A DNA stretch of 64,000 nt from a bacterium (GCA_040756235.1 JBFLZG010000081.1:8018-72017), one strand, 5' to 3'. Numbered from the stretch's first letter, positions 10,128 to 20,925 are shown. Program-made: numbers and translations. The notes: generated from the sequence alone by a model not told the origin.

Positions 10128-11696
10128 TCAAACGCCCCTGCCCTTCCAGTACGGAGCCTTGAGCACTTTCTTGAGGACCTTGCCGGTCTCCGTCTTCGGC
10201 AGCTCCTCCATGAAGTGCACGGACCTCGGGACCTTGTAGCCGGCCAGATGCTCCCGGCAGTAGCGAGTGATCTCGTCGGCCGTGAGCATCTCTCCGCTCT
10301 TTCGAACGACCATGGCCTTGACCGACTCGCCCCAGTCCTCGTCCGGGACACCGAAGACCGCAGCCTCCAGCACTCCGGGATGCTTGTGGAGCACAGCCTC
10401 GATCTCCGCCGGATAGATGTTCTCGCCGCCGCTGATGATCATGTCGAACTTGCGGTCCACCAGATAGTAGTATCCCTCTCGGTCCCGGTAAGCCAGGTCG
10501 CCGGTGTAGAACCAGCCGTCCCGGAACGACCTCCTCGAGCCCTCCGCGTCCTTGTAGTACTCGGTGGCCATCCGGATCGGGACGCCTGCCATCGGTCGCA
10601 TGACGATCTGTCCCGTCTCCCCCTCGGGGACCTCCCTTCCCCCCTCGTCCACGAGCTTGATCTCCACGGCAGGCAGGGCCTTGCCGACCGAGCCCGGCTT
10701 CGAGAGCTGCTCTTCCGGAGGCAGGTAGGTGGCCACCCCGACTTCGGTCCCGCCGTAGAACTCGTGCAGCCCGACATTCGGGAAGCTCGCGATGATCCAG
10801 CGCTTGGTCGCAAACGGGATCGGCGCCGAGGACTGGACCAGGCACGTCAGCGAGGAGACATCGTATTTCCGAAAGACCTCTGCCGGAAGGTTCCGGATCC
10901 TGTTGAACATCGTGGGGACCATGGACGAGAAGGTCACCTTGTGTCTATCAATCAGACGCAGAGCCTCTTCCGGCTCGAACCGCTCCATGAGCACAACCGT
11001 CTGGCCCGCATAGTGGCCGATCGTCGAGCTCGAGAGCGCGTTGGCGTGAAAGAGCGGCATGGCCAGGAGCTGGACGTCGGTCTCCTTCACGCGGAAGATC
11101 GCCGACAGGCCCGCCGACTTCAGGTCCCAGTCTCCGTGCGGGTTGACCGCCCCCTTCGGCAAACCCGTCGTCCCCGAGGTATACCCGATGAAGAAGGGGT
11201 CCTTGGGATCGTTACGCATCCCGGGCTCGGCCGCGGACGCTCCCGCCAGTAGATCTTCGTAGGCATGCATGCCCGCCGGGGCGCGCTCGTCCAGGCAAAC
11301 GGTCCGGCCGGCCGGGATGCGGGTGAGGTCGTTGCGGATCGCACGGAATTTGTCGAGGAAATCCCGCGAGACCACCATGGCTGAAGATTCGGAGTTGTCG
11401 ATGATGTAGCGCATCTCCTCCGAGGCCAGCCGCCAGTTGACCGGGACGAGGGTCATGCCGGCCTTGACCAGCCCGTAGAGGACCTCCAGGAACGCGGGCC
11501 GGTTCCGCAGGAGAACCGCCACCCGATCCTTGCGGCCCAGACCGAGCGAAACGAGCGCGTTCGCACATCGGGCGGCGCGCTCGTTCAGCTCATGGTAAGT
11601 CGTCACCTTGTCCTGAAAGACGACGGCCGCTTTCCCGGGAAACGCCTGCGCGTTCTCTCTGATCTTGGCTCCGAGATCCATTCTTCTCTCCGTCAA
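10128..11696 (-). CDS. acyl-CoA synthetase (AMP-forming, long-chain fatty acid-CoA ligase family)
   Basis: YTSGTTGLPKG, YGGTE, TGDLA, DRKFDMIISGGENIYPAEIE, LPKTETGKVLK. Confidence 0.9.
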   Translation of the reverse strand: MTERRMDLGAKIRENAQAFPGKAAVVFQDKVTTYHELNERAARCANALVSLGLGRKDRVAVLLRNRPAFLEVLYGLVKAGMTLVPVNWRLASEEMRYIIDNSESSAMVVSRDFLDKFRAIRNDLTRIPAGRTVCLDERAPAGMHAYEDLLAGASAAEPGMRNDPKDPFFIGYTSGTTGLPKGAVNPHGDWDLKSAGLSAIFRVKETDVQLLAMPLFHANALSSSTIGHYAGQTVVLMERFEPEEALRLIDRHKVTFSSMVPTMFNRIRNLPAEVFRKYDVSSLTCLVQSSAPIPFATKRWIIASFPNVGLHEFYGGTEVGVATYLPPEEQLSKPGSVGKALPAVEIKLVDEGGREVPEGETGQIVMRPMAGVPIRMATEYYKDAEGSRRSFRDGWFYTGDLAYRDREGYYYLVDRKFDMIISGGENIYPAEIEAVLHKHPGVLEAAVFGVPDEDWGESVKAMVVRKSGEMLTADEITRYCREHLAGYKVPRSVHFMEELPKTETGKVLKKVLKAPYWKGRGV

Positions 11697-11835
11697 GAGC
11701 GCCTTGCCGCCGGTCCGGGCAGGCCCACCCGCCCCTTCCGTTTTCGGCTCGAATGATCCGACATGCTCCCCCCTTTCGTCAATCCGCCCCGCGGCGCGCG
11801 GCCGACAACCCTCCGTGCCTGCCCCGGAACCTGAT

Positions 11836-11864
11836 TTGACGAGCGTACATCTAGAGTGTAAATT
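11836..11864 (+). promoter_or_regulatory. sigma70 promoter upstream of the fluoride riboswitch
   Basis: TTGACG-17 nt-TAAATT immediately before the aptamer. Confidence 0.65.
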
Positions 11865-11871
11865 TGCGTTA

Positions 11872-11920
11872 AGGTGATGGAGTTCACCTCACAACCGCCC
11901 AGCCGGCTGATAACTCCTGT
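11872..11920 (+). ncRNA. fluoride riboswitch (crcB motif)
   Basis: AGGTGA-TGGAGT-TCACCT P1, AACCGC...GCTGATAACTCCTG; loop GGAGT can pair with ACTCC as a pseudoknot. Confidence 0.85.
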
Positions 11921-11956
11921 TCGAGGAAAGGATTTCCTGGCAGGAGTTGTCGAACG

Positions 11957-11989
11957 AAAACTCCTCCAGGCAAACGGGAGGAGTTTTTT
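11957..11989 (+). terminator. riboswitch expression platform: terminator/RBS-sequestering hairpin
   Basis: AAAACTCCTCC-loop-GGAGGAGTTTT(TT) containing the GGAGG RBS of the next gene. Confidence 0.7.
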
Positions 11990-11990
11990 C

Positions 11991-13688
11991 ATGGGCTATG
12001 CATTCGAACAACCCGAAGCCGGTCCCGTCCGCAACGAGGCCTCCGATCTGCTCGCCCGGATCCAAGAAATCTGCCGCCAGTTCGGGGTCCGCTCCCTTGA
12101 CCGCCGCATCGATGTCTGCCGGGCACTGCTGACTCGGACCCAAGTCATCGACGTCGCCATCCTCGGGCAGTTCAAGGCGGGGAAGAGTTCCTTCCTGAAC
12201 AGCCTCATCGGCAAGTCGATCCTGCCGGTCGGGGTCGTACCCGTCACCACCGCCATCACCCGTCTTCAATACGGAAAGCGGGAAAGGGCCCTCGTCAGCC
12301 ATTACGACGGCAGGCAGACCGAGGTGGATTGCACCGCCGTCGAGGAGTTCACCTCCGAGGCGAGAAATCCGTCGAATCGCAAGAACGTCGAAGTGGTCGA
12401 CGTCGAGCTTCCTGCGCTGGCGAAGTACCCCGGGCTGCGCCTGGTCGATACCCCGGGTCTGGGGAGCGTCTTCAAGGTCCACATGGAAACCTCGGAGAAC
12501 TGGCTCCCGGAAGTGGGGGCAGCCCTGCTGGCCGTGAGCGCCGACCGCCCCCTGGGGCAGAACGATCTGGAGCTCATCCGCGGGCTGCGAAGCCATACTC
12601 CGAGGATCGTGCTCCTGCTCAGCAAGGCCGATCTTCTGTCGCCCTCCCAGCAAGAGGAGGTCCTCGAGTTTTTCTCTGCCGCGCTCAGACGCGAGCTGCA
12701 CGAGGAATATCCCGTCCTGCTCTACTCCACCCGCACCGGGACCGAGCACTGGAAGCAGAGAGTGGAAGAGGAGGTCCTCAACCCTCTGGCTTCCAAACAG
12801 GAGGACGAGCTCAGGCATATCCTGCGCCACAAGATACAGTCTCTCGGCAGAGACTGTCTGAGCTACCTGCAAATCGCGCTGCAGAGCTCACTCCAGGCGG
12901 ACCTCGACCGTGACGAGCTGCGCAGGAAGATCTTCGACGAGCGGGTGAACTACGACCTCATGCGCGACCAACTTGCCCTGATCGCACGTGAGAACGCGCA
13001 CGAGACCCGCCCGCTCATCAAGAGCTATCTCGAGACGACCCAGGAGCCACAGCTCAAGAACAAGCTCGTGGGGGCGCTGTGCCGGGAGATCCCATCCTGG
13101 AGAGGGAACATCAAGCAGATGACCCGCAGCTACGAGGAGTGGGTCGAAGAGAGCCTGACCGAAGAGATCGAGCGCGTCTCCAGGAGCGAACAAGAACACT
13201 TCATGGGAACCTTGAGAAAGGCCCATGCGAGCCTCACCCGCTCCCTGGAGGCCTTCCGCACGCTCCTCAATCAGAACGTCGAACAGGTGCTCGGGGTGCC
13301 TCTTGCAGAGGCCGAATGGAAGATCGAGGTCGCGGAGCCCCGCCAGCCGGACATCAAGATCGGACGGACCTTCGACTTCCATTTCGATTCCATCTGGTTC
13401 CTGATTCCCATGTTCCTCTTCCGGCCTCTGGTCGAGAAGCATTTCATGAACCAGGCTTACTATGAAGTTGAGGTTAACCTCTCGCGTCTGGCGGCACAGT
13501 GGGAAGAACGGATTAACAAGGCGATCGACGCCATGAAGAAGCAGGCCATCCGATACATCCAGGACGAGCTGAGCACGATCGAAGCCCTGCTTTCCAGGAC
13601 CCAGGGCCAGACCGGCGAGATCCGCCGCTCCATGGAAGCTCTGCGGGAAGGGCTCGAGCGCCTGTCGCAACCCGGCCGGGAGGGCTAG
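11991..13688 (+). CDS. bacterial dynamin-like GTPase
   Basis: G1 GQFKAGKSS, G2 PVTT, G3 DTPG, G4 SKAD, long helical C-terminus. Confidence 0.85.
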   Translation: MGYAFEQPEAGPVRNEASDLLARIQEICRQFGVRSLDRRIDVCRALLTRTQVIDVAILGQFKAGKSSFLNSLIGKSILPVGVVPVTTAITRLQYGKRERALVSHYDGRQTEVDCTAVEEFTSEARNPSNRKNVEVVDVELPALAKYPGLRLVDTPGLGSVFKVHMETSENWLPEVGAALLAVSADRPLGQNDLELIRGLRSHTPRIVLLLSKADLLSPSQQEEVLEFFSAALRRELHEEYPVLLYSTRTGTEHWKQRVEEEVLNPLASKQEDELRHILRHKIQSLGRDCLSYLQIALQSSLQADLDRDELRRKIFDERVNYDLMRDQLALIARENAHETRPLIKSYLETTQEPQLKNKLVGALCREIPSWRGNIKQMTRSYEEWVEESLTEEIERVSRSEQEHFMGTLRKAHASLTRSLEAFRTLLNQNVEQVLGVPLAEAEWKIEVAEPRQPDIKIGRTFDFHFDSIWFLIPMFLFRPLVEKHFMNQAYYEVEVNLSRLAAQWEERINKAIDAMKKQAIRYIQDELSTIEALLSRTQGQTGEIRRSMEALREGLERLSQPGREG

Positions 13689-13789
13689 CTCTCGATCCGC
13701 CTCGCTTCCATCCCATCGGAGCCTTGCGCGACAGATTTTCCAGGACGCGCTATCTGGCCATCGGCTATGGAACATCTTTCGGAGGAGCC

Positions 13790-14506
13790 ATGAAAGATGC
13801 GAAAGCGAGCGTGCTCTCCCTGATTCTTTTCCTTGCTGTGGCGGTGGCCCCGCTCGCCGCCCAGCAAACCCCGCCCGGTGGTGCCGTCCTCTCTGATGAG
13901 GCCATCGAGCAACGGCTTCGCTTCATCCAACAGCGGCTGGACTCCAACAAACGGCATGGCAGGATCTGGTACTGGAGCTGGATGGCGATCAACGGCGGCT
14001 CTGCGGTCGGTCTCGGGATTGCCGCAGGAACCACGACTGACGAGTCGACCCGCGTCGGCTACGCCTCCAAGGCGACTCTGGCCACCATCGGCGTGGCGAG
14101 CCTCGTCTTCCGGCCTTTGCAGGCAAGACACGGCGCCGATTCGATCCGCGGTCTGCCGGAATCGACCCGAGAGGAAAAAGCGGCCAAGCTTGGTGCGGCG
14201 GAGGATCTCCTGCGCTCCAATGCCGCGAGGGCGGCCGAGCGCAAGAGTTGGGTGATGCACCTGGGGAATGTGCTGTTGAACACGGGCGCAGGCGTCGCCA
14301 CCGGGCTAGCCGGGGACCCGGCCGGTGGAGCGATCGCCGCCGGCACCGGCGTTCTGTCCGGCACGATCTTTCTCCTCAGCCAGCCCGCGGGGCCGGAACG
14401 GGACTGGGAAGAATATCGGGGGATGGCGTCCCACCGCGCAACCGAACGCATGCAGCTCTCCGTTCAGCCCGCGCGCCGGGGTCTGCAAGTACAGCTCCGG
14501 TGGTAG
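13790..14506 (+). CDS. exported/membrane hypothetical protein
   Basis: GGAGG RBS, signal peptide, Gly/Ala-rich hydrophobic helices. Confidence 0.6.
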   Translation: MKDAKASVLSLILFLAVAVAPLAAQQTPPGGAVLSDEAIEQRLRFIQQRLDSNKRHGRIWYWSWMAINGGSAVGLGIAAGTTTDESTRVGYASKATLATIGVASLVFRPLQARHGADSIRGLPESTREEKAAKLGAAEDLLRSNAARAAERKSWVMHLGNVLLNTGAGVATGLAGDPAGGAIAAGTGVLSGTIFLLSQPAGPERDWEEYRGMASHRATERMQLSVQPARRGLQVQLRW

Positions 14507-14646
14507 CCGTGCCTGCCGCGCCCTCTGCCGTGACGCATCCCTCTTTTCTCCGTGAAACGTCTTGCGCCGAGCCAATCCCTGTGGCACAATTCTCATGGTA
14601 TGAAAATTTCATACTGTTCTCTTGGGATAGCCAGGGAGGAATCGGG

Positions 14647-14886
14647 ATGGGCGATGCCGTAAAGAAAACCATCTCCCTTCCGTCCGACCTCGCTGAAGAC
14701 GCAGAGCGGATGGCTCGCGAGGAGGGAAAGAGTCTCAGTGCCGTGATCCAGGAGGCGCTCCGGTTGGCGAAGCGGCAGCGTCTTCGGCCGGAATGGAGGG
14801 CGATGCAAGGGTACTGGAGCGCCCGCGCGCGGGAAAAAGGGCTTGTCGACGAGGATGACCTGGAGCGCTTCCTGGGCCGGCGATGA
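14647..14886 (+). CDS. CopG/ribbon-helix-helix antitoxin
   Basis: KKTISLPSDLAEDAERMAREEGKSLSAVIQEAL; ATGA overlap with the PIN gene. Confidence 0.8.
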   Translation: MGDAVKKTISLPSDLAEDAERMAREEGKSLSAVIQEALRLAKRQRLRPEWRAMQGYWSARAREKGLVDEDDLERFLGRR

Positions 14887-15302
14887 AGGTCGTCTTCGAC
14901 TCCAACATTCTCATCGCGGCGCTGCTGTTTCCTGACGGCCGGGCAGCAGCAGCGGTGACGAAGATTCTCGACGGACCCGACGGGTTGGTCATTTCGCGTC
15001 CCGTCATCCAGGAAGTCCTCTCCGTTCTGGCAGCGAAATTCTCCCGTGACAAGGAAGAGCTGAGCCGAGTGGCGGTCATTCTGAGCGAGATGGGTGAGGT
15101 CGTGGAGCCCGCCTGCAAGCTGTGCGTTTTCCGGCACGAACCGGACAACCGGATCCTCGAGTGCGTGGTCGCCGGGAAAGCGGAGCTGATCGTGACCAGC
15201 GACAAGGCGATGCTCACCACCGGCGAATATGAAGGAATCCGGCTGGCCACGCTTGCCGATTACCTCGGCCAGGCAACGCGGGGCGGCGGGCAGCGAAGTT
15301 GA
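14883..15302 (+). CDS. PIN-domain toxin of a type II TA pair
   Basis: VVFDSNILIAA, PDNRILECV, IVTSDK acidic PIN motifs. Confidence 0.85.
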   Translation: MKVVFDSNILIAALLFPDGRAAAAVTKILDGPDGLVISRPVIQEVLSVLAAKFSRDKEELSRVAVILSEMGEVVEPACKLCVFRHEPDNRILECVVAGKAELIVTSDKAMLTTGEYEGIRLATLADYLGQATRGGGQRS

Positions 15303-15320
15303 CCACGCGCAGGATCCTTC

Positions 15321-16169
15321 TCACTCCAACGCCTGCAGCCCCCAGGGAGGCGAGGCGTTGACGAGCCACCCCGTCCGGCATTTCATCTTGACCGGTGTGA
15401 ACGTGGCGCCCGGCTTCTCGGCTGTCCAGACGTACTCGCCCGGAGGCACCTGGACGAAGAGCACGCCCCCGTCCTCGCTGGTCTCCGTGAGATCCCGGTT
15501 GGGGATCACGTCGGCCCCGAAGTAGATCGGCCCGTGCTCGGGCGGCAGCGGCGGATCGATCTGGACCGTTGCTCCGGCTTCGCCGTGGGCCCCTTCGTCG
15601 TAGAGGGACTTGCCCACCCGCGTGACCGTGGTCACCATCTGGCAGCTCTCTTCCTCGTCCGGCTCCAGGCCGATGATCGCGGCCAGCAGGTAGTACGCTG
15701 GGTAGGTCACGGCCTGAAAGGTCACCCGTTCGACACCCCCGGGCCCGAGCCGGATCGTGCCGGTCTGGATGAGATGGTAATTGTAGGCGGGCCGGAGGTG
15801 AGGCAGCTCCATGGTCAGCGTGACCTCTTCTCCTTCTTCGAGTCCCTCGAAGTGGAAATGGCCGTCCGCCCCGGTCGTCACCCGCATCTCCGGATGCTCC
15901 AGGATGGAGATCCTCGCCCCTTCGAGGCGCGCCTCCGGAGAAACGTTGAACGGGATCGCGTCCCCGTCAACCGAAACCTGCGCAGGGTAGCCGGAGCAAT
16001 CCTCCTTGCAGGCGCCCCGGGACCCGTTCAGGCAGCCGTCGTCGCAGGCTTCCGACCCTTCCGTGCGGCCGTCGCCGCATCGCGGCCCGCTCTCATCGTC
16101 GCTGCATCCGGCGGCCACAAGCACCGACAGAGCGACCCAGCAGGCTCCGAGGAACGTTCCGGCTCTCAT
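15321..16169 (-). CDS. lipoprotein with Cys-rich (CGDG...EACDDG) repeat and carboxypeptidase-regulatory-like domain
   Basis: lipobox VAAG-C; CGDGRTEGSEACDDG; TTGADGHFHFEGL. Confidence 0.6.
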   Translation of the reverse strand: MRAGTFLGACWVALSVLVAAGCSDDESGPRCGDGRTEGSEACDDGCLNGSRGACKEDCSGYPAQVSVDGDAIPFNVSPEARLEGARISILEHPEMRVTTGADGHFHFEGLEEGEEVTLTMELPHLRPAYNYHLIQTGTIRLGPGGVERVTFQAVTYPAYYLLAAIIGLEPDEEESCQMVTTVTRVGKSLYDEGAHGEAGATVQIDPPLPPEHGPIYFGADVIPNRDLTETSEDGGVLFVQVPPGEYVWTAEKPGATFTPVKMKCRTGWLVNASPPWGLQALE

Positions 16170-16330
16170 GCGTCCCCCCCCTTTTTTCGCGTGTTTGGGC
16201 CGGACGATAGGAGAGTCGCTTTGCAGATGTCAAGGAGAAAGACGGCGCTCAGCCGTGGTGGGTGGGCACGCCTTCGGCTTAGCCCACCCTGCCGAGTGTT
16301 CACACGGCTCCCTCGGCGATTGCCGCTCTT

Positions 16331-18589
16331 TTAGAATCTCCGGCGTGACAGGCGCAGGCTATTGAGGACGACGGTGATGCTGGACAGGGCCATGGCCCCG
16401 GCCGCCATGGCCGGGTGGAAGCTCCGCAGCGCGTGCGGCAGCCACTCGATGCCGTAGAGCGCCCCGGCCGCGACCGGGATGAGGACGATGTTGTAGAAGA
16501 ACGCCCAGAACAGGTTCTGACGGATCGTGGTCATGATCGCCCGCGACAGGTGGACGGCCCGCACCACCTCCCGCAGGTCGCCGCGGACGAGCGTCACGTC
16601 GGCCGCCTCCTTGGCCACGTCGGTGCCGGTGCCGATCGCGATCCCGACGTCTGCCCGGGCCAGGGCCGGCGCATCGTTGATTCCGTCGCCGACCATCCCG
16701 ACCAGGCCGTTTCCTGCCCGCACGCGGCGCACGATCTCTTCCTTGGCCTGTGGCAGGACGGCGGCGTAGACTCGTTCGATGCCCACCCGGCGGGCGACGG
16801 CCCAGGCGGCCTGCTCGCTGTCCCCGGTCACCATGACGGGTGCGATGCCGAGCCGTTCGAGCCCGGCCACGGCTTCTGCCGCACCCGGCTTCTCCTCGTC
16901 CGAAAACCCCATCCAACCAGCCAGGCGGCCGTCCACGCGGATGGCCATCACCGCTTTCCCCTCGCCGCGCAGGCGCTCGGCGATCTCCAGACCGTGCGCT
17001 CCGCCATCGGGGTTCCCCAGCACCCACTCGGGCCTTCCGACCTGGACCGCATGCCCCCGGACGCTGGCCTCGAGCCCCGACCCGAAGACGCTGCGCAGGT
17101 CTTCCGGCTCGAACAGCTCGACACCGCGCTCTCTGGCTGCCGCGACCACGGCCCGGCCGATCGGGTGCTCGGACCCGGCCTCCGCGCTCGCCGCCAGCTT
17201 GAAGTCGAGCCGCTCTTCGACAGGGTCCTCCGGGATCCAGTCCGTGAGCACGACCTGGCCCCGGGTGATCGTTCCGGTCTTGTCGAACATCACCGTCTTC
17301 AGCCGGTGCACCGTCTCCAGGGCCTCGCTGTTCCGGAAGAGAATGCCGAAGCTGGCCGCCTTGCCCATGCCGGCCATGATGGCGGTGGGCGTCGCCAGGC
17401 CCAGGGCGCACGGGCAGGCGATGACCAGGACCGCCACCATCCGGATCATCGCTGTCACGTGGTCGCCGCCGAAAATCCACCAGAGCGCCAAGGTCGCCAG
17501 AGCGATCAGGACGATGGCCGGGACGAAGATCCCCGAGACCCGATCCGCGAGCCGCTGGATCGGCGCCTTGCTCGCCTGGGCTTCCCGCACGAGCCGCACG
17601 ATCTGCGCCAGAACGGTCTCCGAGCCTCTGCGCGTGGCCCGCACCTTGAGCAGCCCCTGGAGGTTCAAGGTCGCCCCGAAGACCGGGCTCTCCGGGCCCT
17701 TGTCGACCGGCAGGGGCTCGCCCGTGAGCATGCTCTCGTCCACCGAAGACTGCCCGGACGCCACGCTCCCGTCCACCGGGATGCGCTCGCCCGGCCGTAC
17801 CACGAGCAGGTCTCCGGGCAGGACGGACCCGGCCGGCACCTCCCGCTCCGCCCCGTTCTGGTCCAGCACCCGGGCGGTCCTGGGCGCCAGGTCCATGAGG
17901 CTGCGGATGGCCGCGGACGCCCGCCCCTTGGCCCGCGCCTCCAGATACTTGCCGATCTTGATGAGGGTGATGATCATGGCAGAGGTTTCGAAGTAAACGT
18001 GATGGCTGCCGGAGGCCGGCCAGAGCAGCACGCTCAGCGAGTAGAAATACGCCGTGGAAGATCCCAGGGCGATGAGCACGTCCATGTTGGCGCTGCGGTT
18101 GCGCAGGCTCTGAAAGGCCCCCCTGTAGTAGCCGAGGCCCGTGTAGAACTGCACCGGAGTGGCGAGCAGGAACAGGACCGCGTCGAGCCAGGCCGCGTGC
18201 CCGAGCGCGCTCAAAGGCCCGAGAACTGCGAAGTCACGCCCCATGCTCAGGGCGGCCAGCGGCGCCGTGAAGAGCACCCCCACCAGCAGCTGCCGCTTCT
18301 GTTTGAGCTCCTCGCGCGCCCGGGCCTGCTCCTCCGCGTCCCGGGGTCCCCCCTCGGCCTCCGTTTCCACCACCAGCTTGTACCCGGCCGCCCCGACCGC
18401 CATGGCCATGGCCTCCGGGCCGGTCGCCGCAGGGTCGTACGCCACGGCCACGGTTTCGGCCGCAAGGTTCACGTCCGCCGTCAGCACGCCCGGCACCTTC
18501 TTCTTCAAGGCCCGTTCCACGGCCCGGGCGCAGTTGGCGCAGGTCATGCCCACGACCGGAAATTCGGCTCTCTGCTCCATCGCTTTCAC
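16331..18589 (-). CDS. copA: copper-translocating P1B-type ATPase
   Basis: [38 protein letters not shown] and MALSS motifs. Confidence 0.93.
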   Translation of the reverse strand: MKAMEQRAEFPVVGMTCANCARAVERALKKKVPGVLTADVNLAAETVAVAYDPAATGPEAMAMAVGAAGYKLVVETEAEGGPRDAEEQARAREELKQKRQLLVGVLFTAPLAALSMGRDFAVLGPLSALGHAAWLDAVLFLLATPVQFYTGLGYYRGAFQSLRNRSANMDVLIALGSSTAYFYSLSVLLWPASGSHHVYFETSAMIITLIKIGKYLEARAKGRASAAIRSLMDLAPRTARVLDQNGAEREVPAGSVLPGDLLVVRPGERIPVDGSVASGQSSVDESMLTGEPLPVDKGPESPVFGATLNLQGLLKVRATRRGSETVLAQIVRLVREAQASKAPIQRLADRVSGIFVPAIVLIALATLALWWIFGGDHVTAMIRMVAVLVIACPCALGLATPTAIMAGMGKAASFGILFRNSEALETVHRLKTVMFDKTGTITRGQVVLTDWIPEDPVEERLDFKLAASAEAGSEHPIGRAVVAAARERGVELFEPEDLRSVFGSGLEASVRGHAVQVGRPEWVLGNPDGGAHGLEIAERLRGEGKAVMAIRVDGRLAGWMGFSDEEKPGAAEAVAGLERLGIAPVMVTGDSEQAAWAVARRVGIERVYAAVLPQAKEEIVRRVRAGNGLVGMVGDGINDAPALARADVGIAIGTGTDVAKEAADVTLVRGDLREVVRAVHLSRAIMTTIRQNLFWAFFYNIVLIPVAAGALYGIEWLPHALRSFHPAMAAGAMALSSITVVLNSLRLSRRRF

Positions 18590-18605
18590 CCGATTCCGGC
18601 CGGAA

Positions 18606-18812
18606 TCATGCAGCGGCCGGATAACCGATCTCGTCCAGGGTCGCGGCGATCCGCTCCCACGTGGCGGGCGCGTTCCAGCGCACCGTCACGGTCCGGTCGG
18701 ATGCACTCCCCTCGACGGAGGCGACCCCCTCCAGCTCGACCAACTCGCGTCGGATGTTGGCCACGCAGTGGCCGCAGCTGATGTTCGGGATCTTGACGGT
18801 CTTCGTCTCCAT
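18606..18812 (-). CDS. copZ: copper chaperone (HMA domain)
   Basis: 68 aa, ISCGHC, GY near C-terminus, adjacent to copA. Confidence 0.85.
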   Translation of the reverse strand: METKTVKIPNISCGHCVANIRRELVELEGVASVEGSASDRTVTVRWNAPATWERIAATLDEIGYPAAA

Positions 18813-18981
18813 GGCATCCCTGCAGGTGCATCCGCCCGCACCCTTCTCTCGCGTCGGCCCGCATTCCTCATCTCGATCGTAACACCGCAGGTTCGATGCC
18901 CACAAGAGCGCCTGCGCGCGCCCTCACGCGCCCCTGCCGGCGAGTCTTTCCGGGGGCGCGCTTTCTCGTCGCGCCAATGAA

Positions 18982-19010
18982 TTGCCAAACAAGCCCTCAG
19001 ATGCTACTTT
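18982..19010 (+). promoter_or_regulatory. sigma70 promoter of the parE operon
   Basis: TTGCCA-17 nt-TACTTT with TG extension. Confidence 0.5.
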
Positions 19011-19066
19011 AACCCGCATCCGTCGGGCTGGCACCCGACCCGACACCCGCAACCCGGTTCAGAGCC

Positions 19067-20890
19067 ATGGCGATCCGCAAAGATCACGGATACGACGAGC
19101 AGAAGATCAAGACCCTGTCCTCGGTCGAGCACATCCGGCTGAGGACCGGGATGTACATCGGCCGCCTGGGGGACGGCTCCCACTATGACGACGGCATCTA
19201 CATCCTGCTCAAGGAGGTCATCGACAACGCGATCGACGAATTCATCATGGGCTTCGGCAAAGAGGTCGCGGTCTCCGTTCAAGGCACCTCCGTGACGGTC
19301 CGCGACTTCGGCCGGGGCATTCCCCTGGGGAAGGTCCTCGACTGCGTCTCCCGCATCAACACGGGAGCCAAGTACAACGACGATGTCTTTCAGTTCAGCG
19401 TGGGCCTGAACGGGGTCGGGACCAAGGCCGTGAATGCCCTTTCGAGCGACTTCACGGTCCGCAGCCACCGCGAGGAACGCTTTGCCGAGGCACGCTTCCG
19501 CCAGGGGAAGCTGGTCGGCCAGCACAGCGGCAAGTCCCCCGGCGAGCCGGACGGGACCCTTGTCGCCTTCACGCCGGATCCCGATATTTTCGGCCAGGTC
19601 CGCTTCCTGGAAGAGCACGTATCCAAGAGGTTCCGCCACTACGCGTACCTCAATGCCGGGCTCCGGCTGGTCTACAACGGAGAGGTCGTCTCTTCCAGGA
19701 ACGGGCTTCTCGACCTCATCGACGAGGAGGCAGCCGACGAGGCGATCTATCCGCCTCTGCACGCCACGAGCAAGATGCTCGAGATCGCCTTCACCCACAG
19801 CAACAGCCGCTACGGCGAAACCTACTACTCATTCGTCAACGGCCAACTCACCTCGAGCGGCGGAACCCACCTGAGCGCCTTCCGCGAAGGGCTGCTCAAG
19901 GCCGTCAACGAGTTCTCCAAGAAGCGCTTCGAAGGGGACGACGTGCGCGAGGGGATCATCGGCGCCATCGCGATCAAGCTCAAGGAGCCGGTGTTCGAGT
20001 CCCAGACCAAGAACAAGCTCGGCAACACCGACATCCGCACCGATCTGGTGCAGCAGGTCCGGGACGTGGCCACGGACCTGCTGCACCGCAACCTCGAGAC
20101 CGCCCAGAAGATCCTGGCCAAGATCGAAGACACCCAGCGGCTGCACAAGGAGCTCCAGAGCGTCAAGAAGATGGCCCGGGAAAGGGCCCGTTCCATCTCC
20201 ATCCGCATCCCCCAGCTCAAGGACTGCAAGGTCCACCTGAACAAGAAGAAGCTCCAGGGGACCGAGTCAATGATCTTCATCACCGAAGGGCAGTCCGCGG
20301 CCGGCTCGATCGTGAGCTGCAGGGACGTGAGCACCCAGGCCATCTTCACCCTCAAGGGGAAACCTCTGAACGTGTGGGACCTCAAGCGGGACGCCCTCTA
20401 CAAGAACGAGGAAACCTACAATCTCATGCGCGGCCTGAACATCGAAGATACGGTGGACGGCCTGCGCTATCACAAGGTGATCCTCGCCACGGACGCGGAC
20501 GTGGACGGCCTGCACATCCGCAACCTGCTCATCACTTTCTTCCTGCGCTTCTTCGACAGCCTGGTCAGCCAGGGGCACCTGCACATCCTGGAGACCCCGC
20601 TCTTCCGCGTGCGCAACAAGGCAAAAACGTTCTACTGCTATTCCGAGGCCGAACGCCAGAGCGCGCTCAAGGAGATCGGCCGCGGCGCCGAGATCACGCG
20701 TTTCAAAGGGCTCGGGGAGATTTCCCCTTCCGAGTTCAAGCGCTTCATCGGTCCCGACATGCGCCTGACGCCGGTCGTCTGTGACGGCAGGCACTCGATT
20801 CGGGATATTCTGTGCTTCTACATGGGCAAGAACACCCAGGAGCGGCGCAACTACATCATGGAGCGACTCGTCGTCGAGGAGCAGGAGTGA
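19067..20890 (+). CDS. parE: DNA topoisomerase IV subunit B
   Basis: EHIRLRTGMYIG, EVIDNAIDE, GLNGVG, TEGQSA, TDADVDG, RFKGLGE. Confidence 0.9.
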   Translation: MAIRKDHGYDEQKIKTLSSVEHIRLRTGMYIGRLGDGSHYDDGIYILLKEVIDNAIDEFIMGFGKEVAVSVQGTSVTVRDFGRGIPLGKVLDCVSRINTGAKYNDDVFQFSVGLNGVGTKAVNALSSDFTVRSHREERFAEARFRQGKLVGQHSGKSPGEPDGTLVAFTPDPDIFGQVRFLEEHVSKRFRHYAYLNAGLRLVYNGEVVSSRNGLLDLIDEEAADEAIYPPLHATSKMLEIAFTHSNSRYGETYYSFVNGQLTSSGGTHLSAFREGLLKAVNEFSKKRFEGDDVREGIIGAIAIKLKEPVFESQTKNKLGNTDIRTDLVQQVRDVATDLLHRNLETAQKILAKIEDTQRLHKELQSVKKMARERARSISIRIPQLKDCKVHLNKKKLQGTESMIFITEGQSAAGSIVSCRDVSTQAIFTLKGKPLNVWDLKRDALYKNEETYNLMRGLNIEDTVDGLRYHKVILATDADVDGLHIRNLLITFFLRFFDSLVSQGHLHILETPLFRVRNKAKTFYCYSEAERQSALKEIGRGAEITRFKGLGEISPSEFKRFIGPDMRLTPVVCDGRHSIRDILCFYMGKNTQERRNYIMERLVVEEQE

Positions 20891-20925
20891 CGGGATCGAC
20901 CCAACTCACCGGGAGACCGGAACCC

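Noticed and set aside
16415..18781. Long antisense ORFs (788 aa here; also 3259-5010, 21936-23579, 45942-47585)
   Set aside because: Shadow ORFs opposite well-supported genes, as expected in high-GC DNA.
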